Assembly (NCBI GenBank): GCA_964655955.1
Contig: CAZZPX010000002.1
Location: 1 to 33,066 of the forward strand
Source: an uncultured Phycisphaerales bacterium
GTDB lineage: Bacteria > Planctomycetota > Phycisphaerae > Phycisphaerales > JAGLTS01
DNA: 33,066 bases
Direction of reading: 5' to 3'
The first letter of the stretch is position 1, and each line of letters starts with the position of its first letter. This document shows positions 7,018 to 15,109 of this stretch, in pieces. The translations under genes and the position numbers were made by a program. The notes under the pieces are model-generated. The model saw only the letters and a list, made by a program, of their open reading frames with translations. It was not told where the DNA came from and made no database searches.

Positions 7018-7366
7018 TACGCCAGTGCTGATTACCGTTCTGTGCGCTGTCGCAGTGCCGGCCATTGTCGCAATACTGGTGCTTGGCCGAGTTCTGATGG
7101 TGTGCATTCGGTCGAACAATCTGAACTTTGCGACTGCGGCGCGTCACATGGAGCGCAGGTATCGCGCCGCGGACGATCACATGATGCGGATTGCGGAGAA
7201 AGAGACTGCCGATCCGATCGCGGTGGCGCAGATACACGCCAATGAGCGGGACCGACAGAGTTCGCGGGATTCGGGCATTGATCGTGACGCGATTGACGCG
7301 GCGGCGGAATCGCATCGTAAGGATGAGCACGAGACGCTCGGCGGAGTTGGGTACGTGGACGAATAG
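7010..7366 (+). CDS. Single-pass membrane protein (118 aa)
   Basis: The ATG at 7010 overlaps the terL stop. N-terminal TM segment VLITVLCAVAVPAIVAILVLGRVLMV, followed by a charged tail. Confidence 0.55.
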   Translation: MVDTPVLITVLCAVAVPAIVAILVLGRVLMVCIRSNNLNFATAARHMERRYRAADDHMMRIAEKETADPIAVAQIHANERDRQSSRDSGIDRDAIDAAAESHRKDEHETLGGVGYVDE

Positions 7367-7375
7367 GAGAATGTC

Positions 7376-7543
7376 ATGGCCAAGAAGAAAGAGACGACGG
7401 ACAGCGCCGCGGAGCTGCTTAAACAGGCTATCGTTGCCATTGACGGCGACGACAACGAGTCGGCAATGGCCAGGGATTCCGCCAGGCGCGCGTTGAAGTG
7501 GCTGGAGCGGAAAGACCAGAAAGAGGCGACGCCGGCGGAGTGA
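7376..7543 (+). CDS. Hypothetical small charged protein (55 aa; below the ORF-track cutoff)
   Basis: GGAGA 5 nt upstream of the ATG. The stop lies 1 nt before the next ATG. Translation begins MAKKKETTDSAAELLKQAIVAIDGDDNES. Confidence 0.5.
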   Translation: MAKKKETTDSAAELLKQAIVAIDGDDNESAMARDSARRALKWLERKDQKEATPAE

Positions 7544-7544
7544 C

Positions 7545-7763
7545 ATGAAAACGTTTCTTACTCTGGCGCATGACGAACACGGATACTTGCTTGCGGTGTT
7601 GATGTGCGCGGTCTGCAACAGGCAGTACTTAGCAGAAAACACCCCAAAGCCGGGCGATGAATGTCTCGGATGCGGAAGCAGGTTCGTGGGTTCGCCGGAC
7701 AAGCTCAAGGGAAAAGATTGGGACGAAATCAAACAGTTCCACAGGGCGCTAGGATATGCCTGA
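7545..7763 (+). CDS. Small zinc-ribbon protein (72 aa)
   Basis: Paired CAVC and CLGC motifs about 16 residues apart. Overlaps the portal start by 8 nt. Confidence 0.6.
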   Translation: MKTFLTLAHDEHGYLLAVLMCAVCNRQYLAENTPKPGDECLGCGSRFVGSPDKLKGKDWDEIKQFHRALGYA

Positions 7764-9864
7764 ACCCATCACAGACCCGAAGCTCGCGCAAATGATGCTT
7801 GAGCGCATTCCGGCCACTGACGACGTGGCCAGTCTGCCCAAGAGGGATCGCAGGTCCGCCAAGAAGATCGCGGACTACTTCCTGGAGCAGTACAACAAGG
7901 GTCTCGTCCTTCGCGCCCCGCACGCCGAAACGTGGATCAAGACGGTCAGCATCCTTCGCGGACAGCACTACTTCAAGGTGGTCAATGGCGTGTTGACTCC
8001 CCTTGGAAAGCGCAATCCGCTGGACATTCGGGCGCAGGTTCCGGTCATGGAGCCGGAGTTCAACATCGAGCTTGGCCGGCTGAACAGCAACCGCGTCGGC
8101 GTAACCGTTCTGCCTCGACTTGGGCAAAGACCGAACGCCGGATTCAAGGCCGCGTCGGGTCAGGCCATACTGGACGACTGGATCGAGGAAATCTGCTTTG
8201 AAGAGACGTTTGACGAATCGAATCAGCACCTGCTGATGTGGGGCGGGTTTGCGTATCGGCGCTTCATCGGGCCGTATCATAACCAAGGTTCGGTCATGCA
8301 GACCGGCTACAGGTCTGACGACGGATCGCAGTTCTCCAATCAGACCGTGAACGTCGAGGCCGCTGGCCAGCCGGAGTTCTTCCCCATCCCGTTCGATTCA
8401 ACCTCGCCGGCCAAGTGCGATGGCATCATGATGGTTCGTACCGTGACGCGCCAGTGGCTGGAGCAGCAGGACGAACTGTACGGGGCAATGGGGTTCGGGG
8501 ATCGGGCCAGAAAGCTGGCGACGTACGCGGACACCCATTCGGCAAGCCTTGGGACACGATCGACTTCGATCACGTCACACACACTGTACGGAGAGCGCAT
8601 CGAAGGGGCTGTCGCCCGCTGGATATGGATGAAGCCGAATCCGATGTATCCGGACGGCGAAACCTACTTCATGATTGCCGATGACCTGGTGGGTTATCAG
8701 CCGACACTGCCTGTTGGCGGCTTCCCGCTGGACTTTGCGTACTATGTGAAGCGCCCGAACAGCTTCTGGGGCCGATCATTCTGCGGTCCGCTCATATCGC
8801 CGCAACTCGAAGCGAATCGGCAGTTCAGTTCGGAGATCAAGGCGGCGCGGTTCAACAAGCCGTTCATTGTCGTCGATCAGGAAATGGTCGATCTGAAGGA
8901 TGCGCAGTATTCAGACAATGCCGTGGTCGGAATGCGGCGCGGCGTGTTGGGAGAGGAAAAGCGAGTTCCGTTCCACTACGTTCCGCCTATACAACAGGGA
9001 CGCGAAGTAAGCGCTACGCTGGCGATGAGTCTGCAATTTGCGCGCACGGCGGCTGGGCATACGTCGGACATCGTGTACGGCGCACAAGAGGGCCGAACCG
9101 AAGGCGGGCCGGCAACGAACCTCCTGAACACCAATGCGCAGGCCCCGCTTCTGCCGACCGTCAAGCGGATGCGTCAGGCGCAGGCCAGAATGTACCCGGC
9201 AGTTTTGAATATGCTCGCCGAGGTCTGGCCGTCGCGCAAGCTGGTCAAATCTGCCGGTCCGTACAACATGGGACGCGAACTGATGATTCAGCGCCAGCAC
9301 GTTCCGAGGGCCAGCGACGTGTTGATCATTCCGGCACCAATGCTGCCGGACGGCAATAACATGCTGGTTCAAATGCTCTTCGAGATGCGCCGGCTGCCGA
9401 ACGATGAGAACAACCGGCCCATGATCAGCGCTCGCGAGTTCAGGCGGTCCATGATGCACCTTGGCATTGCGCCGCCCGGTATCGACATGATCGATCCTAT
9501 GGAAGATGCGACCATGTACCGGATCATGTCGCTTGTCGGCGACACGCAACAACCGGCTGCAAAGACCTTCGATGAGTTCGACGAGAACGAACGGGATGCG
9601 TTCCGTTCGCAAGATCACCGAATGGCGATTGACATGCTGCGGCTGAAGATCGCCGAGCCGGCCTTTGAAATGTACAGCGGCTTTGTGCAGAAGGCACTGA
9701 ACGATGAACTTGCCGCGCATATTGCGGCGCTCAATCCCGCCGCGCCGAACGATTTTGACGACCGTGCCGAAGTGGCGGATGCCGAATCGGGCGAACGCCA
9801 CCTGTACGCGGTCGAAATGGTACAGGACCAGGACGAACTACTGGCAGAAAGCACTCAGGAGTAA
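7756..9864 (+). CDS. Portal protein (702 aa)
   Basis: Size and position (downstream of terL, upstream of scaffold and capsid). AGGA upstream of the ATG. No family motif was verified. Confidence 0.7.
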   Translation: MPEPITDPKLAQMMLERIPATDDVASLPKRDRRSAKKIADYFLEQYNKGLVLRAPHAETWIKTVSILRGQHYFKVVNGVLTPLGKRNPLDIRAQVPVMEPEFNIELGRLNSNRVGVTVLPRLGQRPNAGFKAASGQAILDDWIEEICFEETFDESNQHLLMWGGFAYRRFIGPYHNQGSVMQTGYRSDDGSQFSNQTVNVEAAGQPEFFPIPFDSTSPAKCDGIMMVRTVTRQWLEQQDELYGAMGFGDRARKLATYADTHSASLGTRSTSITSHTLYGERIEGAVARWIWMKPNPMYPDGETYFMIADDLVGYQPTLPVGGFPLDFAYYVKRPNSFWGRSFCGPLISPQLEANRQFSSEIKAARFNKPFIVVDQEMVDLKDAQYSDNAVVGMRRGVLGEEKRVPFHYVPPIQQGREVSATLAMSLQFARTAAGHTSDIVYGAQEGRTEGGPATNLLNTNAQAPLLPTVKRMRQAQARMYPAVLNMLAEVWPSRKLVKSAGPYNMGRELMIQRQHVPRASDVLIIPAPMLPDGNNMLVQMLFEMRRLPNDENNRPMISAREFRRSMMHLGIAPPGIDMIDPMEDATMYRIMSLVGDTQQPAAKTFDEFDENERDAFRSQDHRMAIDMLRLKIAEPAFEMYSGFVQKALNDELAAHIAALNPAAPNDFDDRAEVADAESGERHLYAVEMVQDQDELLAESTQE

Positions 9865-9867
9865 GCC

Positions 9868-10899
9868 ATGTCAGAGCAGACGCAAATGGAGCCGGTCAAT
9901 CCTCCGGCCCAGACTCAGCCGCAACCCGCCGCGCCGCCGCAACAGCAAGCGCCGGCAAAAGCACCGGCACAGGAACCGGCCAGGCCCGAACTGACCGCGG
10001 ACACCATCCTGACCTTTTCCGGTCCGGACGGATCGCAGATGCGAAAGACGATCGGGGAACTGATCGACGCATCGATGCGGCCCAGCACGCCGGGCATTGA
10101 CCCGGAGCAACTGAAGCAGTTCGAGATATGGCAGCGGGCGTCGCAGAACGACCCCGAAGCCATCGGGCAGCTTCTGGACGGGGTTCGGTCCAAGCTCGCG
10201 CCTCAGGCTAGGGCTCCGGAGCCGGGCACGCCAGAACATGAACTGTCCGAAATGAAGAAGCAGCTTGAGGCGATGCAGGCCGAGCTGAAACAGGCGTCCA
10301 GCACGACGATGCAAATCAACCTTCAGCGCGGCCGCAACTGGATCAACGACCAGGTGAAGCGTGTCGCCGCTGAGGTTCCGTATCTGTCTCGACTGACCGA
10401 TCCGGCCAGCGTCGTGACGCGGCATCTCGTCGATGTGAAGCGGGCCTACGAGGCGCAGGGCATCGACTTGCAGACCAACCAGCAAAACCAGATTCAGGCC
10501 ATGAGCCACGCAATGAATCTGGCCGAGAAGGAACTGGCCGGGTATGCGCAGGTGTTTGGCGCGCAGCCGGCAAATGGACAGGCCAAACCGATCGTGAATG
10601 ACCAGGGCGCTCGCCCAGCGGCTCCGGTTGGCCCCCCGCCAGGCTATTCCGTCTGGACCGACGGCTCGTTGCGGGATCAACAGGGTCGAATCTTGCAGCA
10701 GCAGAGCCATGGCGCAATTGCGCCGGTCGATCCGAACGGCACGGTTCCGGGGCAGATACCGGGTGTTCCTGCTGGTGGGTCGCCAGTTGGGTTGCCGCCT
10801 CAGCCGACCGGCCAACCCGGAAACCAGCGATTCAATGTTGGGTCACTGGCCCAGCGGATGCGTCAGCGCCAGAACGAATTGGCTCAAGCGGCCCAATAG
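9868..10899 (+). CDS. Scaffolding protein (343 aa)
   Basis: AGGAG SD. Pro/Gln/Ala-rich low-complexity ends flank a helical, coiled-coil-like core. Lies between portal and capsid. Confidence 0.6.
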   Translation: MSEQTQMEPVNPPAQTQPQPAAPPQQQAPAKAPAQEPARPELTADTILTFSGPDGSQMRKTIGELIDASMRPSTPGIDPEQLKQFEIWQRASQNDPEAIGQLLDGVRSKLAPQARAPEPGTPEHELSEMKKQLEAMQAELKQASSTTMQINLQRGRNWINDQVKRVAAEVPYLSRLTDPASVVTRHLVDVKRAYEAQGIDLQTNQQNQIQAMSHAMNLAEKELAGYAQVFGAQPANGQAKPIVNDQGARPAAPVGPPPGYSVWTDGSLRDQQGRILQQQSHGAIAPVDPNGTVPGQIPGVPAGGSPVGLPPQPTGQPGNQRFNVGSLAQRMRQRQNELAQAAQ

Positions 10900-10908
10900 G
10901 AGAACATC

Positions 10909-11292
10909 GTGCCGACCGATACGAGAATCGAAAAGCTGTACAAAAATGAGGTTTCGGCCAAGCCGGGATACCGCAAACTGACACCGGACGGATTTGTTCC
11001 GGCGGCGGAGACGGTTCTGGTCCGCCGTCACAGCCGGGTCGAAATGACGGACGGCGGCATTCACCTGCCGGACTCCGCGCAGGAGGAAAGCGTGACTGGC
11101 GAAGTAGTCGCCGTGGCCGAAGATGAGGATTGGCTCAAGGTGGGCGATACTGTACTGATCGACCTGAGCGCGGCCGAGAATCCGGCGTCTCGCCCATTCG
11201 CCAATGACCGAGACCTGGTGGTTCTGCATTGCTACCGTGGCCGGGAGAGCGACATTCTTGGAAAATTCCGTTTGACGACCGGAAAACGATGA
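10909..11292 (+). CDS. GroES/Cpn10-like co-chaperonin homologue with an N-terminal extension of about 33 aa (127 aa, GTG start)
   Basis: The segment ETVLVRRHSRVEMTDGGIHLPDSAQEESVTGEVVAVAEDEDWLKVGDTVLI ... ESDILGKF aligns by eye to E. coli GroES ([37 protein letters not shown] ... VKVGDIVIF ... ESDILAIV). AGGAG SD. Confidence 0.7.
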   Translation: MPTDTRIEKLYKNEVSAKPGYRKLTPDGFVPAAETVLVRRHSRVEMTDGGIHLPDSAQEESVTGEVVAVAEDEDWLKVGDTVLIDLSAAENPASRPFANDRDLVVLHCYRGRESDILGKFRLTTGKR

Positions 11293-11300
11293 TATAGGCT
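11272..11300 (+). promoter_or_regulatory. Candidate promoter ahead of the capsid gene: TTGACG (11272-11277), 17 nt spacer, TAGGCT (11295-11300)
   Basis: Sits at the largest intergenic gap of the structural operon (11293-11433). It overlaps a GATATAGGCT..GCATCG motif that is also present at 3481-3496. Confidence 0.3.
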
Positions 11301-11433
11301 ATCTGCATCGGATCGGGGCATCCGATCTTAATCACTTCCGGGGCGCGGTCCCCAAGCGGCTATCACCAACCGCCAGTAAATCAGGCCGAGGCTGCCTGCG
11401 GTGCGAATCGTTCATTCGTACAGAGGCAACGCT

Positions 11434-12870
11434 ATGGCCGACATTTTTGATCAATTCGAGACTCTGATTCGAGAGCATATCGACGATGCGGTTCTAAACC
11501 TTGAACTGCCCGGCGATGATGTTGTCAATTCACTGCTTGCCACAATGCCGGAATGGGCCAAGGTCGGGCGACGACTCGACGGCGCAGCCGGCTATGAGGC
11601 CAGTTATCGCATCCAAGTCATGGAGGGCGGCTTGGTCGAGGGTGGCCGGTTCGGCGAGGCCGAACTGACCCAGATGGGATTCGGATCGAATCTCAACATG
11701 GGCATCGGCATTACCAGTGGCTATCCCGATCCGCGAAACGTCCCCCAGGAAACGTGGCTGCCCATCAAGGTGTTCCTGAAACGCCTCAAGGGCAACGTCA
11801 CGCAGGACCTGGAGCAGCTTCACGCCGAAATTTCCACCACGCCCATCGACTCCATCGCGATGAACAAGCTGATGTCCGCAACGTCTCAGATTCGGCATCA
11901 CTTCGCATCGCACGTCTACGGCGACGGTACGGCCTCCCTGGCGCAGTTCGCCGAGGCCGGGACCATCTTCGAGGCTGGGGCGAGCGTGGTAGGACTGACC
12001 GTCAAGAGCGGGACCCCGTTCCGGTTCAAGAAGGGGCAGCGATATGTCATTGGCACTGACGCCAGTCCGCGCGTACAGGTGCTTGGATCGAACGGTGGCG
12101 GCGTGGTTCGATGCGTCGAGATTGACGACCGGGACCGCAAAGTCGTGTTCCAGGCCGAGGCGGGAGGCGGAAACTTCACCATCACTGCCGACATGCACAT
12201 CATGCAGGCCGGCTTGTACGACTTCACTGCGGCGAGCACTGCGGCGGGCACGCTGGCCATCAACGGGTTCGAGAGCTACATCAAGAACTCCGGAACCTAT
12301 CCGGGCACGTCCCTGGACGTTGGCCACCTGCACGAGCTGCGCGGCTACGTGTTCGGCAACGAATCGACTCCGGAAAATCCCGAAGCCGCGCTTCTTGCCG
12401 ACGCAATTGACCGCATGACCGACGCGGGCGTTGAGCCGCCTCCGGTCATGATTGCCGAGCAGTCCGTCTGGACGCTGTACGCTCTGCTGGAAAAGCAGGC
12501 CGGCGCGACGTACCAGGTGCCGAACGGCGGGACGTTTGTCGCCAACGGCGGCGTTGACGGCCCGATGTTCACGCATGGCGGCAAGTCGTTTGCCCGACTC
12601 TCCAGCAATCGCATCCGACCCAACAGCATTCTGGGCCTTACCCCGCAAGCGTTCGTGAAGCTCACTCCGATGGGCGACCGGACCGTGCGGTGGTTCAAGA
12701 GCCAGGGCGGCACGGCGATGGCCGCGTCGGTGTTCGAGTCGGTTCAAGACGGCGGCATCATGAAAACCATGATGCAGGCTCCGTTCGATACGTTCTGGGA
12801 ACTTGGCTGCCGCGAGCCGAAGCGCAACTTCCGCTACGTCGGCCTGCACAATCAGCGAGAGAATGTGTAA
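11434..12870 (+). CDS. Major capsid protein (478 aa from the ATG at 11434; the track's GTG at 11401 is less likely)
   Basis: Position after the scaffold, its size, and its own upstream intergenic region. No family motif was verified. Confidence 0.65.
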   Translation: MADIFDQFETLIREHIDDAVLNLELPGDDVVNSLLATMPEWAKVGRRLDGAAGYEASYRIQVMEGGLVEGGRFGEAELTQMGFGSNLNMGIGITSGYPDPRNVPQETWLPIKVFLKRLKGNVTQDLEQLHAEISTTPIDSIAMNKLMSATSQIRHHFASHVYGDGTASLAQFAEAGTIFEAGASVVGLTVKSGTPFRFKKGQRYVIGTDASPRVQVLGSNGGGVVRCVEIDDRDRKVVFQAEAGGGNFTITADMHIMQAGLYDFTAASTAAGTLAINGFESYIKNSGTYPGTSLDVGHLHELRGYVFGNESTPENPEAALLADAIDRMTDAGVEPPPVMIAEQSVWTLYALLEKQAGATYQVPNGGTFVANGGVDGPMFTHGGKSFARLSSNRIRPNSILGLTPQAFVKLTPMGDRTVRWFKSQGGTAMAASVFESVQDGGIMKTMMQAPFDTFWELGCREPKRNFRYVGLHNQRENV

Positions 12871-12880
12871 GGAGTGACCA

Positions 12881-13318
12881 ATGGCTGAAGGCGATCATAC
12901 TGAAAATCCGACAGCGCTTCCCTTTCCGCTCGGCAACAAGTCCCTGTACTGGTTCGACAGCCATGTCCACGTCCCGACTGGGCTGACCGCTCCGATCGTG
13001 ATGCGGATTCGCGTCCCGTTCGACTGCTACGTGCGCGAGGTATGGCTTGGCGGCCTGGGTCTTACCGCGCCGCTCGACGCCATAACTGTCGCTACCGTCG
13101 ATGCCGCCAAGACGATCGTGGCGGCCGTCGATCAGGGCGCTTCAAACAACGTCATGGCGAAGCAGTCTCTTCATGCCGACGTGGACAAGGACGCCTATCT
13201 CATCAACGCGGGCGACGTGATCAACGTGAGTTGCGACTCGTCTGGCAGCAATGAGGCGGGCTTCATCAGCATTGCGATCGGCGTTCGACCCAAGCAGGCC
13301 GGCTATAAGGGCATTTAG
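12881..13318 (+). CDS. Hypothetical virion protein (145 aa), possibly head decoration
   Basis: AAGGAG SD. Beta-rich sequence directly after the capsid gene. The function is a positional guess only. Confidence 0.55.
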   Translation: MAEGDHTENPTALPFPLGNKSLYWFDSHVHVPTGLTAPIVMRIRVPFDCYVREVWLGGLGLTAPLDAITVATVDAAKTIVAAVDQGASNNVMAKQSLHADVDKDAYLINAGDVINVSCDSSGSNEAGFISIAIGVRPKQAGYKGI

Positions 13319-13334
13319 CCCAGGAGCGTGATCG

Positions 13335-14396
13335 ATGAGTACAACGATTCGAGGCGTCGGTACCGCACAGAAGTACCACGACGTTCTTGACGTGATCAAC
13401 GTCGGCAAGCTGGCTGGAGCAGGCATGCTTGGCGTCGGGGATATCCACCTGGTCCACGACGGATCGGACGTTCCCGTCAAGAGCATTCGGCGACTGTTTC
13501 CCAAGACGAACCGCTGGACCACGATTCAGTCCGCATTGGACGCTTGCCGCGCCGGCGCGAACGACTATGTGTTCCTGCATCCGAAGGATGACGGGTACGG
13601 AACTTCCGCTGCGCGGTCCAGTTGGGCGTCATGGGCGCAATCGGCCAATTTGGATATTGACAAGTCCACGACGCACTTGGTTGGCCTTTCTTCTGGAACC
13701 TATCGACCCCTCATAACGTTTACTGGGGCGCACAGCCTTCGCGTCGGCCCGGACAACACGAGCGATTCCAGGCTGTATGGAGTCGAATTGTCTAATCTGT
13801 TCATTCGTGGGACCGGATCGCTGCATGTGACTTGCGTTACAATAGGCGCATCGGCACTAGGTTTCGTGTTCGATACGCTCATTCGCAACTGCGACATCCA
13901 GAACAACGGAACGTCTGCTGCAACGGCCGAAGTTACGGACTACGGACAGCGAACAATGTTCGTGGAGACCGTATTGGGCGACACAATCACGCATCCGGAC
14001 GACAACTATCTCCAAATCGTTCCTACAGCTCCAGCCAATCAAGCTGGCGGCCGAATCCAAGATGCGACGTTCATTCGCTGTTTTTTCAAGCATCTTGCCG
14101 CTGCGGTTGGCGATCAATTCGCAACCATTGGCGCTGGCGGCAATATGTGCCTGTTCCGCGACTGTACCTTTGTGAACTACAACGTCGGAGTAACTGCGAT
14201 GACAGTTGGAATCGCAGTTGCGTCTGGAGGGTTTGTCGTTGCCCAGAACTGCGGAATGATTGGGGCTACGGCCTTCGGTACGACTGGACTGGTTCTGTGT
14301 GTTCCGGGCGGCATGGGTCTGGCCGTTACATCGGCAGACGTGTTCAATCCGTCGCTTGCGATCGACGGTGCTGAGCCTGTTGCCGCTGATACCTGA
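13335..14396 (+). CDS. Right-handed parallel beta-helix (pectate-lyase-fold) protein (353 aa)
   Basis: N-terminal cap-like IQSALDACRAGANDYVFLHPKDDGY, followed by repeated short beta-rungs (IRNCDIQNNG, FIRCFF, LFRDCTFVNYN, VAQNCGMIG). AGGAG SD. Confidence 0.6.
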   Translation: MSTTIRGVGTAQKYHDVLDVINVGKLAGAGMLGVGDIHLVHDGSDVPVKSIRRLFPKTNRWTTIQSALDACRAGANDYVFLHPKDDGYGTSAARSSWASWAQSANLDIDKSTTHLVGLSSGTYRPLITFTGAHSLRVGPDNTSDSRLYGVELSNLFIRGTGSLHVTCVTIGASALGFVFDTLIRNCDIQNNGTSAATAEVTDYGQRTMFVETVLGDTITHPDDNYLQIVPTAPANQAGGRIQDATFIRCFFKHLAAAVGDQFATIGAGGNMCLFRDCTFVNYNVGVTAMTVGIAVASGGFVVAQNCGMIGATAFGTTGLVLCVPGGMGLAVTSADVFNPSLAIDGAEPVAADT

Positions 14397-14408
14397 TCGG
14401 AGCCGGCT

Positions 14409-14576
14409 TTGGCCAAGGAAATTCGGACACGAAGCGAACTGGACGAGCGGCTCCGAAAGGAGGGCAAGCAGGGTCTGTACGCCAATGAGCAGGCGAGGGA
14501 TCAGGCGAAGTGGGCTGAAAAGCAGCTTCGCCTCGGCAACCTGAACAAGACTCTGCCGGACCCGCGGAAGCAATGA
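14409..14576 (+). CDS. Small charged coiled-coil ORF (55 aa, TTG start), in frame with and 12 nt downstream of the TGA of the beta-helix gene
   Basis: GGAG 5 nt upstream of the TTG. The translation AKEIRTRSELDERLRKEGKQGLYANEQARDQAKWAEKQLRLGNLNKTLPDPRKQ looks coding. Its stop overlaps the next ATG (ATGA). Confidence 0.4.
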   Translation: MAKEIRTRSELDERLRKEGKQGLYANEQARDQAKWAEKQLRLGNLNKTLPDPRKQ

Positions 14577-15109
14577 ACGCGAACCTGTTCAGGCTTCTGT
14601 TCATGCGTCCGCGTCCGGATTGGAACCGACGCGGCCCGAAGCTGCCCGCATGGTGGAGGGCCGGCCTGAAGCGCATCGACCCGCTGCTGGACATGCAGTT
14701 CATGCCGGCGGCGAGTTGGCGTGATCCGGACGGCGTTGACCGCGAGAAGTACCCGCACGGCGTATGGGTCGTTGTGCGTCGTCTCAGGTGGACTCGGCTG
14801 CTTCACAAGCGCTGGGTCTGGTGCCTGACCGATGAGCACGGCAACTATCGCGCGCCGGGAAAGGACAGCCTGCGGTTGCTCCTGTACGCATTCAGGGCGC
14901 ATCGCACCGGCGATTCTTTGAAGATAGAGCGGGCATTTGACAGGTCGCTGTCTCAACTGAAGGCGGCGAAGAGCGAGGAAAGCAAGGCAAGGCTATCGGA
15001 GCGAGTTGCCAGTGCGATGAGGCGCATGGGCATGCCCAACACCGCTGGCGGGCGAATCTTCAATCCGTGGGGCGGAAATGGGTCAAGCGTTTCTGGACAG
15101 GCTATATGA
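14573..15109 (+). CDS. Hypothetical Arg/Trp-rich protein (178 aa)
   Basis: In-operon ORF with coupled start. No recognisable motif. Confidence 0.55.
   Translation: MNANLFRLLFMRPRPDWNRRGPKLPAWWRAGLKRIDPLLDMQFMPAASWRDPDGVDREKYPHGVWVVVRRLRWTRLLHKRWVWCLTDEHGNYRAPGKDSLRLLLYAFRAHRTGDSLKIERAFDRSLSQLKAAKSEESKARLSERVASAMRRMGMPNTAGGRIFNPWGGNGSSVSGQAI

Noticed and set aside
5989-7119. 376 aa minus-strand ORF (also 4975-5757 at 260 aa and 6836-7732 at 298 aa) antisense to terL and its neighbours
   Set aside because: These are typical high-GC shadow ORFs. They are Arg/His/Pro-rich and low in complexity, have no SD, and are fully overlapped by a motif-bearing + strand gene.
8911-10815. 296 aa and 314 aa minus-strand ORFs antisense to the portal and scaffold genes
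   Set aside because: Same shadow-ORF signature. They would break the otherwise unidirectional, translationally coupled late operon.
11530-12849. 439 aa minus-strand ORF antisense to the capsid gene
   Set aside because: The composition is the off-frame Arg/Ala/Gly-rich type. It lies inside a well-placed + strand structural gene and has no start context.
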